A DNA stretch of 64,000 nucleotides. It comes from Entomortierella parvispora E1425. Its lineage: Eukaryota; Fungi; Mortierellomycota. The stretch is taken from NCBI GenBank assembly GCA_020891255.1, contig BQFW01000011.1:434001-498000 (forward strand). The letters are read 5' to 3'. The number at the start of each line of letters is the position of its first letter. The stretch's first letter is position 1. A model generated the notes under the pieces. It saw only the letters and a program-made list of their open reading frames with translations, was not told the origin of the DNA and made no database searches. Made by a program: the position numbers and the translations under genes. This document shows positions 14,036 through 25,769 of this stretch, one piece after another.

Positions 14036-15343
14036 TCACAGAGGACGCTTCTCCAGGATCTTGTCGATCAGCCCGAACTTGAGCGCCTCTTCTGAGTCCA
14101 TAAAATGGTCTCTCTCCACGGCCCGCTCTGTGTATGAATACCAGTCATACCATCAAAAACAATATAGGGTGGAAGGACAAAAATGTATAGGCGAAGCTGT
14201 TAGATGCCTGGCAAAGAAAGATCAAATGTCGCACATCGGTGAAAACGAACCGCGCTAGGCTTACCAATTGCCTCTAGATCTTTGACGTTGCAATGCTTCT
14301 GATAGATCTTGTTGAGGCGACTGCGGACTTTAAGAATCTCACGAGCATGAATAGCAATATCGCTGGCCTGACCACTTGCCCCACCACTGGGTTGGTGCAT
14401 CATGATGCTGGCGTTGGGAAGTGCATACCGTTTCCCTGGCTCGCCAGCCGCTAACAAGAGTGATCCCATTGAACATGCCTGTCCATTGCAAAGTGTTGAC
14501 ACAGGCGACTGAATATACTATAACGGGCCAAAATGTTGAAAGTCAGCAGGTGCAAGTAGAAAGTAACACGCCTGACCATGGTTCCAAGAAAATGCAGACC
14601 ATATACAAAATCTCGACCTCACTCACCTGCATCTAATACGCGACGCGAGAAAACATATGGTTAACATCTGATGTTTGGTATTATTTGGGGTGCAACACTG
14701 AGGGCATCAACTTTCACTGGACTTACTGTATCATAGATAGCCATGCCCGCAGTTACGGCGCCCCCGGGGCTATTAATATAGAGACTGATAGGTTTCTCTG
14801 GATTTTCAGACTCTAGGAAGAGCAACTGCGCGACGATCAACGCGGCCGACTGGTCATTGACCTACAAAAAGAGCAGGGCGCGACAATAGCGAGGTTAGTG
14901 TTGTAATACAGACACATTTCTTTGCCTATTCAAGCGATGGGAAGGCAGAGATACTTACAGTTCCATTGAGACAAATGATCCGCTCCTTGAGTAGACGCGA
15001 GAAGATGTCGTAGGAGCGCTCACCCCTCGCCTGAAGTTACCAGAAGGTTCCGTGCTGGTTAGTCATCTTCACCGACGTAGTTTTGCTGGAAAACTATGCG
15101 CGATTCCACATGGCGAAAAGTACATATTTCTCTTACCGTCTGTTCAACGACAAAAGGGACTAAGGTCTGCGCTTGAGGCTGAGACCAACCTGAATGAATA
15201 TCGCCAGTGACGTTAATGGAATGGATCCCTTTTGAGGCCACCAGGACATTAGGATAAGTCTTAAGAGCCGTCTGCTGTCTAATACATTGAGCGGGTAATC
15301 TGTGAGAAGAACGGACGAATGCATTCATGAAGGGTCGGTACAT
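14036..15343 (-). CDS. CLPP: Mitochondrial ATP-dependent Clp protease, proteolytic subunit
   Basis: Presequence-like [16 protein letters not shown]; [36 protein letters not shown] and C-terminal [13 protein letters not shown] across several GT-AG introns. Confidence 0.93.
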
Positions 15344-15620
15344 TGCTGTGTTCATTTCGCGCGTTGGTTGGTTTGTGAGTGTGCATTCATGCATGCAATG
15401 CACTGCTCCGTTTGCCCTCCCATCGTTGGGTGGCTTGGCCACAAGTACTTTATCTTACATACAATGTTGCACAGTAAGGTTCCACTTTTTATTATTCATA
15501 GTTGCAATATTAGGTAGGTGTAAGGGGATTAAGATGGTGATGCTCAGGAAAAGGGGAGAGACGCAGGTGGCAAGCAACGCCAATTAGTGGCGGATAAGAA
15601 TGGAGTATGTGCCCCTGGTA

Positions 15621-16964
15621 TCAATTATCAAGGTCTTCAGGCCCCACTGTCCTTGGTAGAAGTGACGTAAGGATAGGCTGGTTCTTGGGACGATCGAACC
15701 CAGATGGTAGTGTACCTAATCCGATACCTGGCATTGGGGTTGTTGGGGACGATGCCATAGATGAAAGAGAGGAAACGGATGAAGACAACGATGGGCACGA
15801 GAAAGAGAAAGTTGGCGTGGTAGAGGCGGCTGCGACAGCACCATAGCCTTCTGGGTTCTGCGTCTGCCATCGCCAGAGGTCGTCGCACATATCCTGCAAG
15901 GTCTTTTCGGCGCGCCATCCAAGCTCTTTGTAGGACAGTGAGGGGTCTGCGATTGCTGTTCCTAAGTCCCCTGCTCGTCTTCCGATGACTTTGTAAGGCA
16001 ATTGCTTGCCAACGGTTTTTGACATGGTGTGAATCATTTCCATGACCGAATATCCGACTCCTGATCCCAAGTTGTAGTGGACGCAGCCAAGGCTGTTAAC
16101 TGAATGAGTCGAGTTTGTTGTGGGCGAGTATTTTTCAATCTTGTTCAGAGCCGCGATGTGCCCTCTCGCCAAGTCGACTACATGGATATAATCACGTACA
16201 CCTGTGCCATCCTTTGTATTGTAGTCATCCCCAAAAACATTAATGATAGGCCTTCTTCCTATGGCGACCTGGGCCACAAACGGCATGAGGTTGTTGGGAG
16301 TGCCATAGGGGTCCTCGCCAATCCTGCCTGACTCGTGAGCTCCAACTGGATTGAAATAGCGAAGCAAAATGATATTCCACTTGTTTGGTTCACTCGCTGA
16401 GATATCTCTGAGAATGTCTTCGATATACAGCTTTGTGCGTCCGTATGGGTTGAGGGCCCCCGTAGGTGCATCTTCTTTGATAGGACTGGATTCTGAAGCG
16501 GGGACACCATAAACAGTGGCAGACGAAGAGAAGACAAGATTTCGACAGTTGTACCTCTGTAGCAGTTGAATGAGGTTCAGAGTGCCAGTGATGTTGGTCT
16601 GGTAGTATCGAAGTGGGACTTGAGCAGACTCCCCGACCGCCTTAAGGCCCGCAAAATGGATACAGGCCCAGAAGGTATACCTCTCAAAGACTTGCTCCAT
16701 AGCCCTGGTGTCGAGCAAGTCGACTTTGTGAAAGATTAATGACCCTTCGCCGTTATCCGCCAAGGACTGAGCGCGGATCATGGCCTCCTCAGAGGAGTTT
16801 GAGAGGTTGTCAACGATAACAATGCGTTTGCCCAAGGATAGAAGCTGAACAACTGTATGGGATCCTATGAAACCGGCGCCCCCAGTAACAAGGATTGTAC
16901 CGTGGTGGTGGTCCTGGTCCTTATCCTGGTCCTGGTCCTGAACAGTAGTTGAATGAAGCGCCAT
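15621..16964 (-). CDS. galE: UDP-glucose 4-epimerase, intronless, with a Ser/Pro-rich C-terminal tail
   Basis: ILVTGGAGFIGSHT, HFAGLKAVGES, FSSSATVYG, catalytic YGRTK, LLRYFNPVGAH, GVRDYIHV; first ATG at 16964. Confidence 0.95.
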   Translation of the reverse strand: MALHSTTVQDQDQDKDQDHHHGTILVTGGAGFIGSHTVVQLLSLGKRIVIVDNLSNSSEEAMIRAQSLADNGEGSLIFHKVDLLDTRAMEQVFERYTFWACIHFAGLKAVGESAQVPLRYYQTNITGTLNLIQLLQRYNCRNLVFSSSATVYGVPASESSPIKEDAPTGALNPYGRTKLYIEDILRDISASEPNKWNIILLRYFNPVGAHESGRIGEDPYGTPNNLMPFVAQVAIGRRPIINVFGDDYNTKDGTGVRDYIHVVDLARGHIAALNKIEKYSPTTNSTHSVNSLGCVHYNLGSGVGYSVMEMIHTMSKTVGKQLPYKVIGRRAGDLGTAIADPSLSYKELGWRAEKTLQDMCDDLWRWQTQNPEGYGAVAAASTTPTFSFSCPSLSSSVSSLSSMASSPTTPMPGIGLGTLPSGFDRPKNQPILTSLLPRTVGPEDLDN

Positions 16965-18132
16965 GGTCGTCGACTGCGAGGCGTTATGAGAAGAGGGCGG
17001 GCAAAGAATCAGCGAGGTGGTTTGCACGCAACGGGAATGACGGTAGGGAGGGCGGCGAGAAGAAAAACAAGGCAGATAAGGGAGAAGCGCGGAGAGTTAA
17101 GGGGAAAAGGGAAAAGAGAGACAGAGAGGGGAGAGATGTTAATTTGGATGAGATGATGAGATGATGAGACAGAGACGCGCTCTATTATAGAGCGCAGACC
17201 ACGCTGCAAGGGAATGCAGGAGAAAGAAGGCTCTCAGACCCTCCCTTCCTGTCCCCCCTTGCTCTGTCTGTTAGTTCCTTGCTCTGTCTGTTAGTTTGGT
17301 TGTGCGGTGGGTTTGAATGGAATGCGGATGCATTCTTCACTCTGTCACTCTTCAGTTCTTTATTCTTGCCAGCAAGCAGCGGTGGTATTCCTTCGTGGAT
17401 GCCACTCGCTGCTGTGCTTGCAAATCGGCCTATCCGCGTCTGTTCATCCTGTGTGCAGCCCCAAGCAGGACCTGTGCGGTGCGATGCAAGTTTCCTCTGC
17501 CTATTGAGCACCGCTCCAAGAGCAGGAAAGGATGGATCCACTGCCCTGAGTTCTTGCTTCCAGAGCAAGCAAGCGTTCAAGAAGCAAGACCACGACCTGG
17601 AAGCAAGAGAGCTGATCCAGCCTGCCGTCTTTGTTTACATACTGCATGTGCACCTAAGCCACCGTTTAAGTCCTTCAATTTTGATCGCACTCGTTCGCAG
17701 TCAGAGACGCTGACCGACAGAGACCGACAGGCACCTTTGGAACGATGGCCTCACCGTGCTGTCCACTTGAGGGGATATTCGGACTGCGAAGTTCCGATCA
17801 CATCAGAGATCCCGGCTGATCCATCGAGTCTCTTTCCTCGCCTTTGCTTTCCCTGCATTCTGAGTCACCACCGCATCTCAACTTTCGCCAGCTCTGATCC
17901 TCTTTGTACCCCAGGATTTCCCCAGATCAGCGAATGCCATAGAGCTAAACGCGTGCCCGACCCCTTTGCCTGTCAATCACCACATCCTACCATCACAGAT
18001 CCCAAGTACGACTCGATCAGTCTTCTCTGAATCCTCAGAGTGCAACCTGCTCATGTGCCTGCCCGTCTTTCTGTCTTTTACTGTCTTGTTGCAACATTTC
18101 TTTAATCTCCTCGTCTTTCCCCTTCTGTAGTC

Positions 18133-21100
18133 ATGACCGACCAAGTGCCCGAGAGCAGCATTCCCGAGAGCACCGTCGTTGCTGAGCAGGACGCTCAAGG
18201 TTTGTCTTTGCTTCTCTAGCAGTAGGACTACAGGTGCATACGCGCACCGATCTGACTTGTCGTTAAACCTGCGTTGAATATAGCTATTGAGGATGCCGGC
18301 GCCGAGGAGCTTTTCCAAATCACCATCAACCTCCCTACCAAGGGTAGCAAAGTCCAAGTCATTGTGGGTTCACGGATGATATTCAATTTCTACAGCAGCG
18401 TTTCCGAATCGCCCACTCACGCATGCATCGTTTATCTACATAGGCCAGCCCTCGTGAAGCGATCCAGGATGTTCGACAGTCTATTGTAGAGTCTACCGAG
18501 ACCTGTATCCACTCCTGCTTTTCGTTGGCTTTCAACGGTGTCAAACTGAATGATTTCATGGAGCTTGGGGATGTTGAAGGCATTACCCCCGATAGCGAAT
18601 TGGACCTTGTTCTGAGTAAGTGAAAAGTCATCATCTTTTCAACTGGTTGACAAACATTTTGCTAACTTTTCTCTTAACGACTCAAGATAACTACACTGAG
18701 CGTGAGGCGCGCATTCACGTCAACCGCCTTCGCGACTTGTTGGCAGGACCTTCAAAGTTGAATGTCAATGCCGTTGGAATAGATCCCGCCATGTCATTCT
18801 TGTCGACAGTGTCCGGTCATATTGGTAAAGTGGCTTGAGTTGAGGTTGCGACCATGGCAACACGAGCACTGTCAAATCTGACACTGTTCCTTAATTTCAT
18901 TAGAGGAGTCACCAGTGGATAACTCGACTTATGAGAGCACCCCCACAACCGTCTTCTCTAAGTTTGACCTCAATGCCCCGGCGTCACTCTCGGACTTCGT
19001 GCCCAAGGGATTGGAAAGGACGCCTATTCAGTGCGTTAAGAGTATTGCGCTCTCAGGATGGAATCCTCCTCCTCATCACCTTCGACTCCGTGGCGATCTC
19101 ATGTACTTGATCGTGACCACTCTAGAAGGCGAGACTGTTCAGATTACATCGACAGCAACGGGATTCCACGTCAACAAGTCCACATCTAATCACTTTGACC
19201 CATCCCCCCGCCAGGATGCCAGGGCCGCCAGTGATCACTCTCTTATCGTCCTACTTGAGAAGGTCTCTCCCATGTTTGCCACCAACTTTAAAAAGCTGCA
19301 GGAGTTCATTACTCGCCACCATATGCTGGAAGTCATGCCAGTGACCTCTGCACAGCCCGCGTATTCTTGGGCAATCCAGCCATCGCCCCACACCTTTGAT
19401 CCCACTCGTCCCTCGGAAGCCTATCTGAATTATGGTACGGACTCTGTCGATAGCTTGCGCGATTGGAATGACGAGCTCCAGTCTCATCGTGAGCTTCCTC
19501 GCGGCACACTGCAAGAACGCGTCATGCGCGATCGATTCTTGAACAAGATCAATGCTGACTTTGCCGAGGCAGCTGTCCGTGGAGCAATGGACGTTGTCAA
19601 CGGTAACGTCATGCCTTTGAACCCCTTGGAGTCGGACGAGTCCCATATGTACGTGTACAACAACATTTTTTTCAGCAAGGGGTTCGATGGGAGGAACACT
19701 TTTGAGAAACTTGGTGGCGATGATGCTGCCCACGTTGCCACTGGCAAGGATCTAGAGGGTGTTCGTACCCTCAACGGCGTCGATGTCGAGGGGTTGTACA
19801 CTTTGGGAACCGTTGTTGTGGATTATAAAGGTGTCCGTGTTGTTGCCCAGTCCATTGTCCCCGGGATTTTCCGTCAGCAGGAGGAGTCCTCGATTGTCTA
19901 TGGGTCCGTCGACAACGGTCCCTTGGTAAAGTCGGATGAAAAATTCCACGAAACCTTGGGCCAAGCTGCAAAGGCACTGCACTTAGCAGAGCATGCTGTC
20001 GACAATGGTGAAGGAAAGTCAACCAACTTGTGGACGTCATTCGATACGAAAGGATTACTTGGAGCGGACGGTCGTCGTTATTTGCTTGATCTTTACCGTC
20101 TTAACCCGGTCGATGTTGAGTTTTTGGAGAATGATGCTGCTGCAAAGGATGGAATGCCAGAGTATCCCCACAAGTTGACTCTCATGCGCCCTGAGCTGAT
20201 GCTTTATTTCTGGGAGCACAAACTCCGTAACTGGATCCAGGAGCGTGCTTTGGAGATTCAGAACCGCGCCGAGGAAGAAAAGAAGGCCGACACTAACAAC
20301 GAGTCATTGGTGGCCGAATCCAAGGAAACGGCTGGAGACAATGTCCCTGAGAACAAGGGAGAAGTGGATGACAAGGCCCCAAATATCGAGAATGACGTCA
20401 ATGTCCTGGACTTTGATTTGTCTTTTAATGTTGACGCTTTCACGTCTGTCAACACTCCCCCTGAGACAGCCGGCGTTAAGACGGAGCAAGAGAATACTGT
20501 TCGAGAGGCCTCCAAATTTTTGCGTGAGAATGTCATTGCTGCTCTTGTAAGTTTTTGATCGCTTGCATATCCATTTTGTTCTGTACTGGTTTCTAACTAG
20601 CTCTTATTACTTTGTGACAAATAGCTTCAGGACTTCATGGCGTATGTTGTTTCGCCCATCGACGGAGGATCCTTGACTAAAGCCATGCACCGACGTGGAA
20701 TCAACATGCGCTACCTTGGCCGTATTGCACGTTTGGCTCATGATAGCAAGGAGTTGGCTTTGACTCATATCCACTACCTGGCTATGCAGGAGATGGTCGT
20801 CCGTTCAGTCAAGCGTCTTCTTCGCAAATACCTTCGTGGATTGCCTACTACACATGTTCCCGACTGCATTTCTCACATCCTGAACTGTCTTTTGGGTCAC
20901 GAGTTGAACGCCAGCCCCATAGCCGTTCTTGCTCAAGACGCTCACGCCTATACCGAGATAACCCCCGAGAGTTTGCGAGAGAGTATCCAATCTGAGGTTC
21001 GCTTGAGATACCGATTCGAACTGCCAGTTGACTTTGTCAAGAATATTGCAAGTGAGAAGAAAATTCCTTTGCTCCGAGAGGTTTGCATTCGTTCCGGTAT

Positions 21101-22396
21101 TCAGGTCGAGGCCCGTGATTACATTTTTTCACCCATTGTCACTTCTGAAGTGGAGACCACAGCCACAGTGGCCGGGTCGACTTCTGCCAAAAAGAACAGC
21201 AAGGCTGACAAAAACCAAACTCGCAAGGTTATCAAGTCCAAGAAGCGTTCCTCTACTTTTGAACCCAGTGACATTCTGACGATCTTGCCGTTGGTCAAGC
21301 AAGCCTCAACACGGTCCAGCTATGCTGACGAGGCTTTCGAGGCCGGCAAGACGTCTTTGGCTCAAGGACACCGTCAGCTCGGACTTGAGTTGTTGTTGGA
21401 GTCATTGGCACTTCACGAGCAGACCTACGGATTCTTACACCCCGAAACCGCACGTTGCTACCAGGCTTTGGCAATGATCTACTACCACTCTGATGACAAG
21501 GAGATCGCACTCGAATTCCAGCGAAAGGCAGTTATCGTTTCAGAGAGAACATTGGGCGTTGATTCTCCTGAAGCTCTTCATAACTACCTGAATCTGGGTC
21601 TCTTTGAGCACGCATCTGGCCGCACCCTAACTGCACTCAAATACTTGAAGCACGCCATCCAGTACTGGGATCTGATCTACGGCAAATCCCACCCCGACTC
21701 TGCAACCGCTGATAACAACGTTGCTGTGATGTTGCAATCTCTCAGAGACTTTGAGGTCTCCTGTTCATTCTTTGAGCGTGCCCGGGCTACACAAGAGCTG
21801 GCCCATGGTCCTGAGCATGTGGTTCTTGCCAACTGTCACCATGTCTTGGCAAAAGCGTATGCTCTTAAAGGAGACTTTGAAACTGCTGTCAAGTCAGAGC
21901 AGCTGGCTTTTGACATGTTTTCCAAACTGGTAAGTGTCATCCCCCCCTCGCCGCTATTCTTTTCTTTTTTTTTGGTAAGGTAGAGTCAAGAGAATATTGA
22001 ATTGACTCTTTCGTAAAATCCCATTAGGCTGGCGAGAAAGATGCCAGGACAGTTGAGGCCGAGGTTTGGTTGCAGGAACTCAAAAACACAGCGCACTTTA
22101 CTGCCAATCAGGCTATGTACGAGAAGGCTGCTTTGGAGCAGGCTGCTGCTGCTGCTGTCAATGGACACCATACCGCAGCACCCACTTCCCTCTCTGCCAC
22201 TGCAGCGGCCGCTGCCGCCAAGGTAGCTGCTGCCGAGGCTGCCATTCGCGCCGCTAATGCTGAGGCTCAGGTTGGAACTAAGGGTCATTTGTCGTTGGAC
22301 GAGTTGATGGAGTATATCAACAAGAGCCAGCCTACGCCAACTGCTGGATCGTCGAAGGCCTCCAAGAAGGCAAAAGCCAGACGTGCAGTGCAATAG
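18133..22396 (+). CDS. CLU1: Clustered mitochondria protein (CLU1/TIF31/CLUH)
   Basis: GWNPPPHHLRLRGDLMYL, RDWNDELQ, VVDYKGVRVVAQSIVPGI, GLLGADGRRYLLDLYR, PIDGGSLTKAMHRRGINMRYLG and C-terminal TPRs; multi-exon, ATG 18133. Confidence 0.95.
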
Positions 22397-22559
22397 TAAA
22401 GGCCAAGGGAGGACCATGCAGCCAGTCGCACATACAGCTAAACCCGTAAATAAAATCGGGTTCTTTCATTATATACGCATGTTTAACTTGTTAAACTGAT
22501 CAACCCAAACGGCAAGGAGGTAGGTTAGGTTAGGCAGGAGAAGGAAAAGGTTTGGGGGT

Positions 22560-22800
22560 CAGAAGTCTATCAATGGGCATTGCTGTGTATGACGGAGGGG
22601 ACAAAAACACCTGTAAATACTTACATCGGTTAGCCATTTTCCGAATGGCTTATATGGTTCTTAGTGGGGTTCTTGTTCTTGGGTACAATGAAGGCAGCGT
22701 CAGCCAAGCACGTTTTTGAGGGCCAATGTGCCCAGCTCAACGACGGCATCCTTAACAATCGTGGCAATAAGGTGGAACGGTCCTGGAATTGGGCAGAGCT
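22560..22800 (-). ncRNA. Candidate Fanzor omegaRNA locus (unverified)
   Basis: Lies at and just downstream of the Fanzor 3' end; two adjacent perfect hairpins, AGCCATT-n5-AATGGCT (22632-22650) and TGTAA-n4-TTACA (22612-22625). Confidence 0.3.
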
Positions 22801-23740
22801 TTGGCGACCTTTCTTGTCCCAGAATGAATTACAGACAGATATTCGCAATATTCTCCCTACCACATCGCGATCAAAGTACTGCTTGCATGCCGTGCAATAC
22901 TTGGATCGTCGTTCCTCCATACTGCAAGGACGCATTGCAGTTTTGGCGGAGACACTTTGCACTTGTGTAGTACTCATCCACACCGACGACAATGTGTCCT
23001 AGCCGCCTGGCCTGTATCATGTATTAGAACAAAGGAAAAAAATGTTAACTCGGTGACAACAACAGGGAACCATGCAACTTTTTTTTTGTTGTTTTTGTTT
23101 TCCTTCCGTTACCTACCCTTTGAGTGAATCGCCTCGCCGTTCCAATGGCCCGTGTTTAGATGGCAGGCCCATCCGAGAGTTGAACGAGCCAAGACCAAGA
23201 GCAAACACTACCGTTGTTCCAGTACTGCCATCGACCTTCCTGCCCGAGTAAACTCCCGCGAGCTTGAAGATTTGGTCTATCGCAAGATCAATCGCCAGCT
23301 GTTGCGCCTTCCTCATGTCCACTTTCTCTTTAACATCCAAGGGGTGTGATAAAAGTCAAACAGCACGTCCTTCACTATGCCCTGAAGGTTTGGGATTGGT
23401 GTATTCCGATTCAGCAACCTCCCCAGAACCTGCTGGGCCGGTGCATGCATGTAAAGCATGTGATCTAAAATGGATAGATACTGGTAGGGCGGGATATTTG
23501 ATTCGAGCAGATGGATATGCTCTTTGACCTTTTTCACCCTGACAGCCTTTTGGAACAGTCGGACAGGACAGTAAAGAAGAATGCGCTTGGACACACGGTC
23601 ATTTGTTGTCCCAGATTTCTCGGCATTGAGTCTCAGGCGCGTGGCTGTCATCGAGAATACTTCGCCAGGGTCGATGCCAATGACAGTGACCTCTCCCGTG
23701 GTAATATCGCCAAAGTCAAACACGCTGGCATTGGGCAATG
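22700..23740 (-). mobile_element. Fanzor (eukaryotic TnpB/OMEGA nuclease) C-terminal RuvC + zinc-finger region, frameshifted
   Basis: Reconstruction: VTVIGIDPGEVFSMTAT...KW~DMRKAQQLAIDLAIDQIFKL...VVFALGLGSFNSRMGLPSKHGPLERRFTQR|ARRLGHIVVGVDEYYTSAKCLRQNC~RSKYCTACKQYFDRDVVG~ENIANICL*FILGQERSP (~ frameshift, | intron). The D/E/D triad with E in VDExxTS matches the rearranged Fanzor RuvC. Confidence 0.85.
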
Positions 23741-25769
23741 TGGCAGACCCTTTGCCAAAAGTGTACGTGGAGCCATTGTTGAACGTGACAGGACCTGGGT
23801 TCTTTGGCCTGGATGTGGGCCGGGATGCAACTCTGTCTGTTTGTCTGCATCGGCTAAGATGGCTTCCTCATGATCCCTGTCGTCGTCTTTTAGTAATCGA
23901 AAAAATCATCGTCGCCGTCGCCACCGTCGTCCTCATCGTCTTCATCATCATCCTCATTATCGTCTTCATCGCCTTCGTCGTCATCTGGATCTTGACTGTG
24001 GGGATCCTCTGATTTTTTCTTCTTTTTGGGCTTGGGTCGTCTCGTATCGGACACCTGAATGTTGAGGACACGCCCGTTCGTCTGGAAACTTTGCCCTAGC
24101 ACCAGTGGGTTGGTCTCGTCATCATTTTCCTGCAGCTGGGCTTCACAATGGTACCTTCGAAATCGGGTGGTCCCTGGTCCATCGATCTTGTAAAGAATCT
24201 GGGGAAAAAAAGCCATCCTTTGTGTATCGTGACGTACAGCACTCGTTGATTTTGGTTTGGCCTGTCTGCATCAAAAATGCGATGAAGGAGCTGTTTTAGA
24301 ATAGGGTCTTCTGCGCTATTTGGTCTAGGCGGTTTTGCAGCCAGAGACCGAAAAAGGTCGGCGCTTTCAACCCGTGTAAACAGCTATGCAATTTTGCATT
24401 GAACATAGTCAGCAAATTGACCCTTATTGTGCTGAAAAAAAACCACGCAATGTAGTCGTTTTTGTTGGACTTTGGCCAGACCTGATGGTTGATCTAATTT
24501 GATAGACAGTACACAATGTTAGTTCATCTGTGCTTTGTTCATAGATTATAATCGTCAAAATACTTACTTTTGCTGTCCGATAATGCTGTTTGATGTTCCT
24601 GACGACTTGTACAACCGAAGACTGTCCTGCATTCGTGTCAAACGTCTGTCAGACTCTCTCCTTATAGCTCGAAAAAGGTCTAGGTAGAGACTCTTTGTAT
24701 ATAGCAAGCATTTTGGCAGCAGTAGCAGCCTCAGGGCTCTTTGCACGCTGACTTCTGGTGCAGTTGAAGAGAACGGGTATCAGGCCATATGCGATTGTCA
24801 GGGCACTGGGGCCGACAATCTGTTCGAAATAGTCATCTGGGAGACCGTCGGTGCCCTGCAATGCTAAAAAGGGAGTGGAGGACGGACCAGCGGAGGATGG
24901 ACCAGCGGAAGACGGACCAGCAAGAGATGGATCAACAAGAGAGGAAGGAACAGCAGCCGCTGTAGTACTTTGGCGGTACTTGTCAACGCAGACAGCATAG
25001 AGATGTCGTACAGGTCGTTTTCCAGTCTGAGTTTTGTTGCCACGCAATCTTGAATGCGTTTGTTGACTGCAATCGCCTCGGCACCAGATAGAAACTGCTG
25101 GATGTTGCCAAGCAGGGATCCAGCCGTGATGGTAGTGGTGACATTGGACTCCTTGGTGGGCTTTGTAGGGTCAACATCTGCTTTTATCCTCACCCGGCCC
25201 GTTCAAGCATCAGCCTTGCTCTTGCGTTTGCGACGTTTGACCTTGCCCTTGCCTTTGGCCTTGCCTTGGCCCCTGTCGCCACCTTGCTTTTGGCCTGGTC
25301 CATCAAGCTTTGTAATTCTCAATGGTTGCGACTTTGAGACCAGCAAGGAAGGAGCCATTGCCATTGGAATCAACGCGTGGAAAGATGTGCTCATAGGAAT
25401 TACGCCAACGACTGCGCCCATTATTGCGATAGCTACAGTTGTACGTCGTCAGACTATAGAAATCGACATTGAGCGCATTGGATGAGTAATCTAATCTTGT
25501 CAACTTGGCACTCTTACGACCTTTTTTCAAACTACCAAAGCACTTACGTCGTGGACGACACTGGGTTTGCAGGAAGGGCTCTGCATCTCCCCATCTCCTG
25601 GATGTACCGGTCATAGAGATCATGGAACAGCTTTGACTCATCGATCTCGACTGGAGGTCTCAATTGATCCGGACCAATCTCTTCCTTGACATACTTCTTT
25701 CTATACCGTAGAAAGAAGGGGCCTTTGGGGTTCGGCCGAAAGACAGTTTGCACTTCGGAATACATGATC

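Noticed and set aside
14036-15343. ClpP as an unusual bacterial-type gene in a fungus
   Set aside because: Mitochondrial ClpP is widespread in eukaryotes including many fungi; this copy has introns and a presequence.
17185-18030. Long overlapping ORFs (e.g. 17317-18030) upstream of CLU1
   Set aside because: No domain motifs and UTR/promoter-like composition; the real CLU1 start is at 18133.
25320-25550. Possible H3TH (GNDY-like) motif of the XPG domain
   Set aside because: Fragments such as GAVVG~NSY and DYSSN are suggestive, but need arbitrary frameshifts, so they were not used as evidence.
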